64,000 bases of DNA. Source: an uncultured virus (IMG/VR IMGVR_UViG_3300023435_000001). Taxonomy: Duplodnaviria > Heunggongvirae > Uroviricota > Caudoviricetes. Location: IMG/VR virus record IMGVR_UViG_3300023435_000001. One strand, given 5' to 3'. The notes beneath the pieces are model-generated. The model saw nothing but the letters and a program-made list of their open reading frames with translations. It did no database searches and had not been told where the DNA came from. Made by a program: the position numbers and the translations under genes. Positions 46,385 to 56,007 of this stretch are shown here, piece by piece. Each line of letters opens with the position of its first letter. The first letter of the stretch is position 1.

Positions 46385-49255
46385 TTAAAATTCCTCTTCT
46401 ATAAACTCTGGTCGTTTACATATTTCCAATTCCTTGGATACGAGCAACCCCTTTAGAAACTGAATAAAACTTGGCGTTTTTCTGTAACCTCTTCCATCTC
46501 TACGCAGCGCATTTTTACGAACAAACAACGACAGTAGTTGTGCGGTCGGTCCTTTCTCCCAGCCGCACCAATCACATATATCTCTAAATTCAATTTCGTT
46601 ATTATACAACAGCTGTTGGATGAAATCACTGGGAAATGGTGACTGTAGTATATGAGTCTTTAAAATCTCAGGGTTTAATAACTTGCTATTAGCACTGATC
46701 GCATCACTAAAATCTTTATACCCAAACATACTTTCTGAATAAGTCTCCTCTAAAAATTTAGTGATGTATTCAACGTGGCACTTTCTGACTTTAACTGAAC
46801 GTAGATTATGATTTGAAAATGTTCTACAAGCTAGAGATATAGCTAATCGGCATATTTTAAACCGCATTGACCCGCGATCTACAATAGGGATTAATTCGGT
46901 GAAGATCGAGCATAGTCTAGTAGCTTCAACTAAAGCAAAATCGGTTGCTTCAGATGTAAATATTACTTGCTCTGGTTTTCTAGTCCAAGCCCACAAAATA
47001 AGTTCTTTACATTCTTTGTCCTTATACTTATGTTTAATCTTAGGCCGATACCGTTGTAGCTGATTAAGAGTATCAACGTCAATTTCATCAGCGGAAGTTA
47101 AAATCGAAAAATCAAACCTACGAATGTCTTCTAACCCACCAATCAATTCTTTAATAGCTTCGATTCCAAAATTATACGCAGATAAGGGCATGTCACTTCG
47201 TGGATTACTAACTGCAATCAGGCGTGTTCGAGCGTGTGTTCTTCTTTTTTCGATTTTCGGTAATTCTGCGACGCCCGACGACCTCATATCTGTTAACTTA
47301 CCAATAACGTCTGTACTTGTTCCTTTGATCTCTTCGAGTATTACAAGACGTTTGTCATGAGTAGGTATTATACCCCAAGTTACGAACCATCTATTACTTG
47401 AGTTCATTTGTTGTAACCCACCAAGTAAACCTGCGACAGTAGCGTTCTTACACTCTACACGTTCGCCTAGTCCGTAATGCTCCATCAATCTAAGAATGGT
47501 TTCTGACTTACCTTGAGAACTATCGCCTGCAATTAATAGCTCAACCCATCCTTTAATCAATTTTTGATCAAACTTAAATAGCAGCACACTATGATAAGTA
47601 AGATCGATAGCTAAGTGCAAGCGCTTTCGTTGAAAAATATGAGTAACATTAGCTGATAAGTCACCGTAGATATCATTGAGCTTTTCCTCTATACTTTCCA
47701 CAGTCCATTTCTTTGGTTGAAAAAGTTTTAAATTTTCAAGCTCAGCAACAGAAGGTTCATAACTTGATAACGCGTCAGAGGTTGTTTCATAGCTACTAGC
47801 AAGAATCACTGACTGCTGCGATTTTGGGTGCGGGTACATTCTACCAGTGAATGTATACGACTCGTTAGTTTCTAACTCATGCCCAACACATAAAGCGGGT
47901 TGTAGGATATCATCGACTGCTCTCGAACTAATTTCTAACTGAGGAGATAAACGAACATCTTCAACGTTATAAAACTGATCTGGTATTAACTCTACGACTT
48001 TACACATTGGTAGTTGTAAACCAAGCATAATCGAATCTCGTTGTGTTGCTTTTGAAGTTGCTACCATTTCAAGAATAGCAGGCGACTCCGCTGGGATCTC
48101 CATTAATACTTCGTTTAACTCATTAGACTGCTTAGCAAACACCGGGCATGCCCCGCACAACGGTTGATTTCTCTGACAACTAACACGGATTCTTTTCGGA
48201 ATAACATAAGGTGCAGTGTCCATAGCAGTCACTGTAGCGTTTAGTTTAATTCTTTCGCCAGTGTACTTCGCGTGAGAGGCCTGATTTAAGTGTAGATCAA
48301 TCGGTTCTTCAGACATATTTATAGACTGCTTAAGTTTGACAGTCCATTCTTTAACGTCTTTGAGTAACTTAAGAAAGTCGTTTGCGGTTTTCTTTTCAAC
48401 GCCGAAATAGTCATTTATGTCACCATTTGGATATTGATCAACATCAAGTGTCAACTCTACTATACCGATCCATTTTGCACTAGCTTTAAGTTGAGTACTA
48501 ACATTATTTGCTCCGACTGTTCCTGCTGAATCTATGTCAAAACACACGTACACTTTTTTATCTTTAAGTTGAGCGCTGAGATCTTTGTGCCAGTTACCTT
48601 CACCAGCAGTTGCAGTAATCGCACCTATTTTATGTTTATTTAGAAGTGAAGCAGCTACGATGGCCTTAATCTCTCCACCACATAGAATTATCGTATCATA
48701 CTTAAGTTGCTCAACTGGATAAAGCCTGATTTTACCATGGCCGCGTTTGTTTTTCATTTTCTCCGGACCAGGTGCTCCTGGAGAATATCGTCTAACATTT
48801 ACTACAAGATTATTCTCGTTATAAACTGGGATCGAAATTCGACCGTCATCAAACCCTAACCGGTGCTTACGAATCATTTCGTCTGTGACACCTCTATTAT
48901 ACAGCTCTTTTAATAACGGTTTAGCTTTCCAAATTGCTTCGTGATATTTTTCTATCACTGAAGCATTAATCGTTTTAGATGCTGATAATTCATATCTTGT
49001 AGATAGGTCTTCCCAAATTACTCTTCTTGTTGTTTTAAGTGCTTTAGCTAAGAAAGTAACTATGTCACCTTTAGCATTACACACAGCGGTATGACACTTG
49101 AATAGATTTTTTTCAGTATTGATACTGCAACTTGGAGTTTTGTCTTTATGAAACGGGCAGCAAGTCTTTACTTCATTATCAGTAGCAAACTCATACTTTA
49201 TTCCGCAACGATCTAACTCATTGATTACGTTGATTATATGGATTTGATCATTCAT
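46385..49255 (-). CDS. Primase-helicase: CHC2 zinc finger, TOPRIM and MCM-like AAA+
   Basis: CPFHKDKTPS..C..C; GGE/CFDID; LLIAGDSSQGKS, TVAGLLGG, LVILEE, AVSNPR, IRRFDF. Confidence 0.85.
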   Translation of the reverse strand: MNDQIHIINVINELDRCGIKYEFATDNEVKTCCPFHKDKTPSCSINTEKNLFKCHTAVCNAKGDIVTFLAKALKTTRRVIWEDLSTRYELSASKTINASVIEKYHEAIWKAKPLLKELYNRGVTDEMIRKHRLGFDDGRISIPVYNENNLVVNVRRYSPGAPGPEKMKNKRGHGKIRLYPVEQLKYDTIILCGGEIKAIVAASLLNKHKIGAITATAGEGNWHKDLSAQLKDKKVYVCFDIDSAGTVGANNVSTQLKASAKWIGIVELTLDVDQYPNGDINDYFGVEKKTANDFLKLLKDVKEWTVKLKQSINMSEEPIDLHLNQASHAKYTGERIKLNATVTAMDTAPYVIPKRIRVSCQRNQPLCGACPVFAKQSNELNEVLMEIPAESPAILEMVATSKATQRDSIMLGLQLPMCKVVELIPDQFYNVEDVRLSPQLEISSRAVDDILQPALCVGHELETNESYTFTGRMYPHPKSQQSVILASSYETTSDALSSYEPSVAELENLKLFQPKKWTVESIEEKLNDIYGDLSANVTHIFQRKRLHLAIDLTYHSVLLFKFDQKLIKGWVELLIAGDSSQGKSETILRLMEHYGLGERVECKNATVAGLLGGLQQMNSSNRWFVTWGIIPTHDKRLVILEEIKGTSTDVIGKLTDMRSSGVAELPKIEKRRTHARTRLIAVSNPRSDMPLSAYNFGIEAIKELIGGLEDIRRFDFSILTSADEIDVDTLNQLQRYRPKIKHKYKDKECKELILWAWTRKPEQVIFTSEATDFALVEATRLCSIFTELIPIVDRGSMRFKICRLAISLACRTFSNHNLRSVKVRKCHVEYITKFLEETYSESMFGYKDFSDAISANSKLLNPEILKTHILQSPFPSDFIQQLLYNNEIEFRDICDWCGWEKGPTAQLLSLFVRKNALRRDGRGYRKTPSFIQFLKGLLVSKELEICKRPEFIEEEF

Positions 49256-49287
49256 TATTTCCGCCGTTTTAGAAAGCGTTTAAAGGT

Positions 49288-49314
49288 AGCAGCAGCTATA
49301 AGATAGCTGCTGCT
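49288..49314. terminator. Hairpin AGCAGCAGCTA-N5-TAGCTGCTGCT
   Basis: Perfect 11-bp stem in the intergenic gap. Confidence 0.5.
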
Positions 49315-49334
49315 TATAGTACTATAACTTTTAA

Positions 49335-50213
49335 TTAAAAATCTTCAGTAGCTGGTCTTTCAGACGGGTCTTGGTCGGGCTCATACGAAGCACGAATCAA
49401 TGCTTTGTCATGAAACCTCTTTAACTCAAGATGCTTCTCTTTAAACACTTCATACTCTTCTTCACTTACCCATGAGTTCCCGTCATCAGGATTACTTATA
49501 TCAAGTCCATAATAATCACCAGAAGGATTAGGCCGAAGAGCAAGGGTTGCTTGAAAGACACACCCATACAACGCAGCTTTTCGCATGCTAATAAGCGACG
49601 CAAATCGGCTACCAGCGAACCAGTTACCTTTTGAAAAACTTAAAATAATAGGATCAGAACCTAACGGATGATCTCTTAGTGATATGAGAAAGTTCAAATG
49701 CTCAACATTGTGACGATCATACTTACGATCATCCGGGTAATTAGGGTGAGGCTCTGCTCGCAACTTAGGGTTTCGAGCTTTCGCCACGATAGGATCATTC
49801 TCGTCGATTGTACGATACACGATCGTAGGCTCAGTTCCTTTAAGCTTAATCGAATTCCATGTCGCCCATTCAACATAGAATAACAGAGGAGTAAACATAA
49901 ACGAAGGCATCTCTCCTTCAATTTGGCGGCCTTTCTTATCTAAAGGCATTTCAGCTATAATAGCTTTTGACGGGGAAAGAACGATGTCGCCTTTTGAAAA
50001 CTCTTTTAATAGTTCGTCAGAAGCTTGTTTCTGTATAAGCTTAATGAACGGCGGAGTTATATACTGCTTTAAATCCTCAACTCCGGTGACTTCTTCATCT
50101 TGCATAAAAGACGGAACTTCATTCACTGTTTGCGGTACGACCAAGGTGGTCTCTTTACTTAAATCTTTTTTTCTTGCCATGATTTTGTCCTTTATAAGTT
50201 CATCATTCATCAT
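49335..50213 (-). CDS. Putative ssDNA-binding/replication protein (probable start MARKK 50180)
   Basis: PFIKLIQ motif; acidic tail ending EDF; upstream of primase. Confidence 0.5.
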   Translation of the reverse strand: MMNDELIKDKIMARKKDLSKETTLVVPQTVNEVPSFMQDEEVTGVEDLKQYITPPFIKLIQKQASDELLKEFSKGDIVLSPSKAIIAEMPLDKKGRQIEGEMPSFMFTPLLFYVEWATWNSIKLKGTEPTIVYRTIDENDPIVAKARNPKLRAEPHPNYPDDRKYDRHNVEHLNFLISLRDHPLGSDPIILSFSKGNWFAGSRFASLISMRKAALYGCVFQATLALRPNPSGDYYGLDISNPDDGNSWVSEEEYEVFKEKHLELKRFHDKALIRASYEPDQDPSERPATEDF

Positions 50214-50223
50214 TCATCATTCA

Positions 50224-50829
50224 TCATTCATTTACTTCATTGTCGCCCCCGTTCTGAGCTGACTCTACAGCGTTAATAATATCAACCTTGTTTCTAATCT
50301 GCATTTTGTATACCGGGTATTGTGAATCTTTTTGTATACCTGGCGGTAACGGTTTACCTTCTGTGGCACATTTTGAAATATGTTCACATAAACCAGGCCA
50401 ATACGGCTTGAGAATTCCTTCTTTAATCGGACTAGCTGGGATACCAAAGTATTCCATTAACTTTATGAAGTTGTCCGGATCTTTTTTAAGTGATGGAATC
50501 TTAGCTGACATAGTAACATTAGGTGTACCAGTAGCTAAGTCTCCTCGGATAGGTCCATCTTTACCACGACTCAAGTACAACAAGCAAGCAACATTAATCA
50601 TAGAAACTTCAACTCCGCTTGCTTCTTTTCTTAAGTCATTAAACATCTCTGAAGTTGTACGTATAACATATATAAAATCAATCAATTCTTTTAAAGGGTA
50701 TTTATTCTTTTTAATGTTATCACGAATAGCAGATAACTCACCATAGTACTTAAGAAAAAAGTCATTAAACTCTTCAAACTTTTTCATCATTCCTAACAAA
50801 TCATCACAAATCATCATGTGCCCTTTCAT
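50224..50829 (-). CDS. Hypothetical replication-module protein
   Basis: GKPLPPGI motif; position. Confidence 0.55.
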   Translation of the reverse strand: MKGHMMICDDLLGMMKKFEEFNDFFLKYYGELSAIRDNIKKNKYPLKELIDFIYVIRTTSEMFNDLRKEASGVEVSMINVACLLYLSRGKDGPIRGDLATGTPNVTMSAKIPSLKKDPDNFIKLMEYFGIPASPIKEGILKPYWPGLCEHISKCATEGKPLPPGIQKDSQYPVYKMQIRNKVDIINAVESAQNGGDNEVNE

Positions 50830-50833
50830 ACTT

Positions 50834-51172
50834 TTAAATTTCTTTACTAAATCGTCTAGCTACATATGAGTCTTCAACGCTGTTAAAGAGTAACACGTTA
50901 AAATTTTCATAGAGTTGAGCGACTGCGATCACTGCTGTAGTTACAGAAATCATAGAGCCTACCGCACAGATATAGTCATTATCTTTATGAAATTCACACT
51001 CAGCTAATCTGTTAATAACCGCTTTACAATATGCAGAGCTGTTAAACACACTACACCGCCTTTTGTTTGCAGGAAAAATGTAGATGAGATCTCCAAAAGT
51101 TAAGGCACTTGTAAGGTCAATGTTAGCTTTAGTTGGTTCAAGTAAAAATACTCTACTGTTCATTGGTCTCAC
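50834..51172 (-). CDS. Hypothetical protein
   Basis: DLTSALTFG, DYICAVG. Confidence 0.55.
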   Translation of the reverse strand: MRPMNSRVFLLEPTKANIDLTSALTFGDLIYIFPANKRRCSVFNSSAYCKAVINRLAECEFHKDNDYICAVGSMISVTTAVIAVAQLYENFNVLLFNSVEDSYVARRFSKEI

Positions 51173-53180
51173 CTAAAATTGAAATGTTATTAATGATTCG
51201 TTGAAAAATTGATCTAACGTCTTGTAATTGCATAGCTGTCATTTTTTTATCAAGTACTCTACAAGCTATTTCTTCGTCAATTGTTTTTGGTATAATCAAA
51301 TCTGTTATCTGTACTGATACTCGTGTGCCTCTACGTACCGCACGGTCTTCACTCTGTGTACGTTTAATCATTGACCAATCTTGAGAATAATAAATTTCTT
51401 GGGTAGTGTTACAGCCATGATCTTTTGAAGTTCCTACCCATTCGGGAATATGACCCCATAAATCAAGTCCAACTCCACCAGCCGTAGGATTAGAAAGCCA
51501 AACTCTACAAGATGCTTCTTGATTATACCGGCGTTCAGCTTCAATTCGATCTTTTTCAGATGTGCCTCCATAATACACGACGTGTTCAATTTTTTCTTCA
51601 AGCAGTCTTTGACTTATAAATTTGATCGCTGGCACCCAGTTAGTCCAAACAATAGTTTTTTCTTCAGGCCTTTTGTTTTTAAGAATTTCGATAAGAGCTT
51701 CAAGTTTTGGATTAACTTTGATATATTCGATTTTACCTACTTCTATTTCCCCTTCAGTGGTTACTTGATCATCCCATTTTAGGTATCCTGATGTAATTTG
51801 TGATAAGCGCAAAAGCTTGGTTAAAATGTGATTCGCTGTAAGTTGCTTGTTAGTGTCACTTTTCAATTCAGCTTCGATCTCAATAGCTAGCTGCGTTTGT
51901 AACTGAGTGTAGAATTCTCGTTGTTGTTTAGACATTTCAACTTCATAAATGTCATATGTTTTTTTAGGCAGTTCAGGCATTGCTTCTGCTCGCGTAATCA
52001 TAAAACACAAGCGGGTGAATCGCTCTTGTAAAATCGGCAAATTGTTATACCCATTAAGGATGTCACGTTGCCCGTCTTGAGACTTAACGAACTTACCATA
52101 GTACGACTTAAATCCTTTAAAAGTCATGAACCCACTAAGACCTTCACCTAACCATTCTAGCTGCGTCCATGCATCGAACAAATTATTCGCAATTGGAGTT
52201 CCGGTTAAGCCTGCTCGATTTTTAGAAAGATCTCTAAGTTCTTTAAGAATTTTCCATCGTTTTGTGGTCGGGCTTTTAATCATATGGGCTTCATCTATAC
52301 CACAGAAATCCCATTCAATCATTCGGATAGCAGCCCAAGAATTTATGATTGTATCGTATGAACCGATTACAACAGTATACTCACAGTTCTCTTCAGTCTT
52401 AAACGCTTCAACTAAAAGTTTAATACGTGTTAGTTGACACCCGCGTAGCACTGTTAATTTTCCAGAGTGTACAGCGAAATCAATGAATTTATTATGCCAA
52501 TTCATACGTACACAATTAGGGACGATAATAAGTGCACTGTACATTCGCTTTTCTTTTTTGTACACACGATGCGCTTCGTAGCAAATCCTTGATATGATAA
52601 TAGGAGTTTTCCCAGTTCCCTGTTCCATCCAAAGATTGTCATCATTACTAACAGAAGCGGCGACTGCAACTTTTTGAAAAGACATTAAAGGTCTTATTGG
52701 GTGATCAATAAAGTCTTCAGGCATTTCTGGAAGTTCTTTATTAATTTTATATGAGGCTTTTATTTTAGCTTTTTCTGTCTGACTAAAAAACCGTGTAAGT
52801 AGAAACTCAAAGAAAAACTTAGCTTCATCTGTTCTAAATTCTAATCGGTCTTTTGGCCACAAACTATGAATTATAATAGCTGAAAAATCAGTTCCTCCTA
52901 CAACGTAGGTTTCGCACAGGTGTTCACTTTGAACTTGCTTGCGTTCTGGAATTCGTTTTACAAAGTGCCGTACACTCCAAGACGGCCCTCTACGTTTTAG
53001 CTCTGTAGGATTTGACCAATCCTTGATCAGTGCGTAGAAGTTTAAAATGAAACGCTTACCTTCTTTATCAATATCGATTTCAAGATAGTCGTTTAACTGA
53101 AGTGATACAGGTCTTAATAACTTACGAGTTGAATCGCATAGAGGTTCAAGAAATGCTTGAGTAATTACGTCGTGATCCAT
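51153..53180 (-). CDS. SNF2-family helicase
   Basis: MEQGTGKT, DEAH, LTGTP, GGVGLDL, QSEDRAVRRG. Confidence 0.93.
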   Translation of the reverse strand: MDHDVITQAFLEPLCDSTRKLLRPVSLQLNDYLEIDIDKEGKRFILNFYALIKDWSNPTELKRRGPSWSVRHFVKRIPERKQVQSEHLCETYVVGGTDFSAIIIHSLWPKDRLEFRTDEAKFFFEFLLTRFFSQTEKAKIKASYKINKELPEMPEDFIDHPIRPLMSFQKVAVAASVSNDDNLWMEQGTGKTPIIISRICYEAHRVYKKEKRMYSALIIVPNCVRMNWHNKFIDFAVHSGKLTVLRGCQLTRIKLLVEAFKTEENCEYTVVIGSYDTIINSWAAIRMIEWDFCGIDEAHMIKSPTTKRWKILKELRDLSKNRAGLTGTPIANNLFDAWTQLEWLGEGLSGFMTFKGFKSYYGKFVKSQDGQRDILNGYNNLPILQERFTRLCFMITRAEAMPELPKKTYDIYEVEMSKQQREFYTQLQTQLAIEIEAELKSDTNKQLTANHILTKLLRLSQITSGYLKWDDQVTTEGEIEVGKIEYIKVNPKLEALIEILKNKRPEEKTIVWTNWVPAIKFISQRLLEEKIEHVVYYGGTSEKDRIEAERRYNQEASCRVWLSNPTAGGVGLDLWGHIPEWVGTSKDHGCNTTQEIYYSQDWSMIKRTQSEDRAVRRGTRVSVQITDLIIPKTIDEEIACRVLDKKMTAMQLQDVRSIFQRIINNISILGETNEQ

Positions 53181-53233
53181 TACTGTGTCCTTTAATACAC
53201 GTTGTACGTCGTTCTATCTTATTCAATATACGT

Positions 53234-53262
53234 ATTATACAACAAATAAACTTACTTGTACA
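53234..53262 (-). promoter_or_regulatory. Promoter TGTACA-N17-TATAAT upstream of the replication module
   Basis: Same architecture as 27339-27367. Confidence 0.6.
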
Positions 53263-53301
53263 CTGTTAATTTCATAAAGTTTGCATTTATATTGAGCATC
53301 T

Positions 53302-53910
53302 TCATCTCAATAGCTGTTTATTTTTTCTGACTTTTCGAGACGCTTGAAAATGCTCAATGATAGGGTGTTTAATGTCTCGCATTCTACCAGAAATAGTGCA
53401 ATACTCACCAGGTAGTTTGTAGTAATTTTCTCCAACTACTGTTTGCAATGATTTTTGATCCCATTGCTTTGGCTTTCTTTTACATTCTTCAGTCCATCGC
53501 TGAACTACACTAAGTGCTTCATCATTATTACGAAGAAAAACTGTGCCACTTAAAAGCTCTTTTAAAACGTGATGCTTACCATAGTACTTTCTTTGGTCAA
53601 ATTCGTGCGCTGCGATTGTACACTCTAAATCATCAAACAATTTCGGATACGCGTTAAACTTAGCGTCGATATCTACCCATATAATATCAAGTCCTTTAAG
53701 CTCTTTTAACGCTTGCAGAAGAAACGTTGGTTTGTAGTTAGTATTTTTACTCCAGTCTTTTAAATTAGGCACACCAGCAACAAGGTGCGGAATTTTGTGC
53801 TGTATAGCAGATTTTTTAAACTCAACGCTAAGATCTTTGTAAAAAGTACCATTAGTATAATAAGATACTACTATCCACGGTTTCATTAGTGTATTACCTA
53901 TTTTTAACAT
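53302..53910 (-). CDS. GT-A glycosyltransferase (probable start MKPWIV 53886)
   Basis: YKPTFL, IIWVDIDA (DXD), LSGTVFL, DQ. Confidence 0.8.
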   Translation of the reverse strand: MLKIGNTLMKPWIVVSYYTNGTFYKDLSVEFKKSAIQHKIPHLVAGVPNLKDWSKNTNYKPTFLLQALKELKGLDIIWVDIDAKFNAYPKLFDDLECTIAAHEFDQRKYYGKHHVLKELLSGTVFLRNNDEALSVVQRWTEECKRKPKQWDQKSLQTVVGENYYKLPGEYCTISGRMRDIKHPIIEHFQASRKVRKNKQLLR

Positions 53911-54193
53911 CTCGTTTTAAACCAAGTAGTTTAGCCCATTCTCTGAAAAGCTGTTGGTAACTGATAATGTAATGTTCTATCAACTGCCTATACAACTCAA
54001 AAAGCTATCTCTATCTGAATTACAAAATTGTAACTTATTGTTATATATACACTTATATCCTAAAAAACCCGTTGTATATATATATATATATAATAAAGGG
54101 TATACTAGTTAAGTATACAGAGATAAGAGACTAATTTCAAAGATATATAATCAGTTGGTTGGACATTACATTATCAGTTACCAAAAGTGTGCA
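53894..54193. repeat. 300-bp dispersed repeat, copy 2 (inverted repeats 53954-53975/54163-54184)
   Basis: Same 22-bp arms, same 231-bp span and (TA)9 at the same offset as copy 1. Confidence 0.95.
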
Positions 54194-54221
54194 TGAAAAC
54201 TCACCGATAAATTTTCATGAA

Positions 54222-54845
54222 TCATAAAAGCTTAGTTAAAACAAGCAAAGAATCCCAATAGTTTGGAGTAGAAATACAGTGTCTTGTAGATTTTTCGTGT
54301 TGTATGAGCGTGTACCATTGTGATAAGTGTTTTATAATATTATCATACACGTATTCACCATCTGTATTTGCGTTAGTATGTTCATGGAATTCAACAGTGA
54401 TCTGATCAGAAATAGGACCAGGCCATTCTAAAAGTACACAGTATTCTGATCCTTCACAGTCGAGTTTAATAACACTCCAATGCTCAACTTCAAAAATGTT
54501 ACTTAGGTTTGTAAGTGATCTACCAGTTACTTTTTGGACTTGTTTGTTTTTTGGGTTCGCACCTCTTACATCCGCAAGATGATTCGCAGTACCATTACCG
54601 AAGGTATACAACGTTTTTAATTGAAGATTTTCAGATTCAGGAACTAACGCCGCATGAATAAACTTAACGCGATCAAAGAATGGAGTCTGATCCACGTTTT
54701 TATCAGCTTCAACACAACATACTTCATAGTCGTTATTACACATTTCAAGTGCAAAATCAAAGTGCCTGCATCCGACATCAAGTACTTTTCTATTATCGTC
54801 TGATAGTACTGCAATAGTATGTTCTTCAACTAATTGGAGTTCCAT
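54222..54845 (-). CDS. FkbM-family methyltransferase
   Basis: LDVGC, IKLDCEGSEY, QITVEFH. Confidence 0.88.
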   Translation of the reverse strand: MELQLVEEHTIAVLSDDNRKVLDVGCRHFDFALEMCNNDYEVCCVEADKNVDQTPFFDRVKFIHAALVPESENLQLKTLYTFGNGTANHLADVRGANPKNKQVQKVTGRSLTNLSNIFEVEHWSVIKLDCEGSEYCVLLEWPGPISDQITVEFHEHTNANTDGEYVYDNIIKHLSQWYTLIQHEKSTRHCISTPNYWDSLLVLTKLL

Positions 54846-55486
54846 TATACATCCTTTCCCGCTTTAAACATAACGTCCTTACCGTCCCCTTGAAAATATT
54901 GATAAGCGTTACGTGCATAGATATTATATTTGTATAACATTAAACTTATAATCGCTTCATCATGTCTATGCGTTTTAAATAAATCATCCGGTTTTTGGTT
55001 ATCTTCAACAAAGTAATTATGCTTTTCATACGAAAGTAACTCATCAAAAAACTCAATTACTTTCGGGCTATTAAAGTTAAAACCGAATAGTGAACCACTT
55101 ACTAAAGGCTGCCCGTTAATCTGTTGCCTTGTTATACCTAAGCTGTTTAAACTTCTGTCATTCACGTAATGAGCCAAATTATCAGTTCCGCTAAGAAACA
55201 AAATGTCGAGTTCTTCTACGAGTTCAAACAACTTAGTTGGGTTTTTTATTGCATAACACGCAGAATCTGCCCATATAATTGTTTTAAACCCTCGTTTAAT
55301 TGCATCTTGGATGCAGTGCAACTTAAAGCCATATGGTGATTCGCTGTGTGATCTTGAACTCTCTGGTAATTTTTTCCAAAATATATGAGGAACATTATAT
55401 TCAACACAACTATCCCTTAACCGCCTTAAGAGTTTAAGATAGATACCTCTATCGCCTAGACTAACAAGTACTCTTTCATAGTTCAT
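54845..55486 (-). CDS. GT-A glycosyltransferase-like protein
   Basis: YGFK, IIWADSA, HRHDEAIISL. Confidence 0.7.
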   Translation of the reverse strand: MNYERVLVSLGDRGIYLKLLRRLRDSCVEYNVPHIFWKKLPESSRSHSESPYGFKLHCIQDAIKRGFKTIIWADSACYAIKNPTKLFELVEELDILFLSGTDNLAHYVNDRSLNSLGITRQQINGQPLVSGSLFGFNFNSPKVIEFFDELLSYEKHNYFVEDNQKPDDLFKTHRHDEAIISLMLYKYNIYARNAYQYFQGDGKDVMFKAGKDV

Positions 55487-56007
55487 TTTAAAAACTCCAA
55501 GGAATATTTATTACTTACTACAGTAGTCCACGGTCGCACTACTTTGTAATCAAATCGGTACTTAAATAGACTTAGTACGGGTTCATACTCATAGCCTGCT
55601 TCTTCGGTATCATGAACTACTAAATAATCCGCTCGATCAGCTAAGCGTTTAATATCAAATTTTCTTCGCTCACCCGGTGCATGATCTACCAAGACTAAGC
55701 TCCAATAATACTCATCAATTAAAGCGCACTCTTCCCACTTATCAACCCATTGAAACGAATGAGACTGTGTTTCTAAATGCTTAAACTGATTAATCCAATC
55801 TTGTTTTTCATCAAGAGTAAACACTTTACAGCTAGCTACTCCGCTGTATAATCCTAATGTGTAGCTTGAGTAATTTCCACAACCCATTTCAAGAATTGGG
55901 TTATTCATTCCGTGATCTCTATTGCATAACATTGTAGTTAGCACAGGTATATGAGTTGCGTAACAGTCCATTATTTCTCCTTGTTTACTAATGTACAAAA
56001 ATTCCAA
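55483..56007 (-). CDS. SAM-dependent methyltransferase-like (polysaccharide-modifying type)
   Basis: ILEMGCGNYSS, VLVDHAPG, VVHDTE. Confidence 0.65.
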   Translation of the reverse strand: MEFLYISKQGEIMDCYATHIPVLTTMLCNRDHGMNNPILEMGCGNYSSYTLGLYSGVASCKVFTLDEKQDWINQFKHLETQSHSFQWVDKWEECALIDEYYWSLVLVDHAPGERRKFDIKRLADRADYLVVHDTEEAGYEYEPVLSLFKYRFDYKVVRPWTTVVSNKYSLEFLK

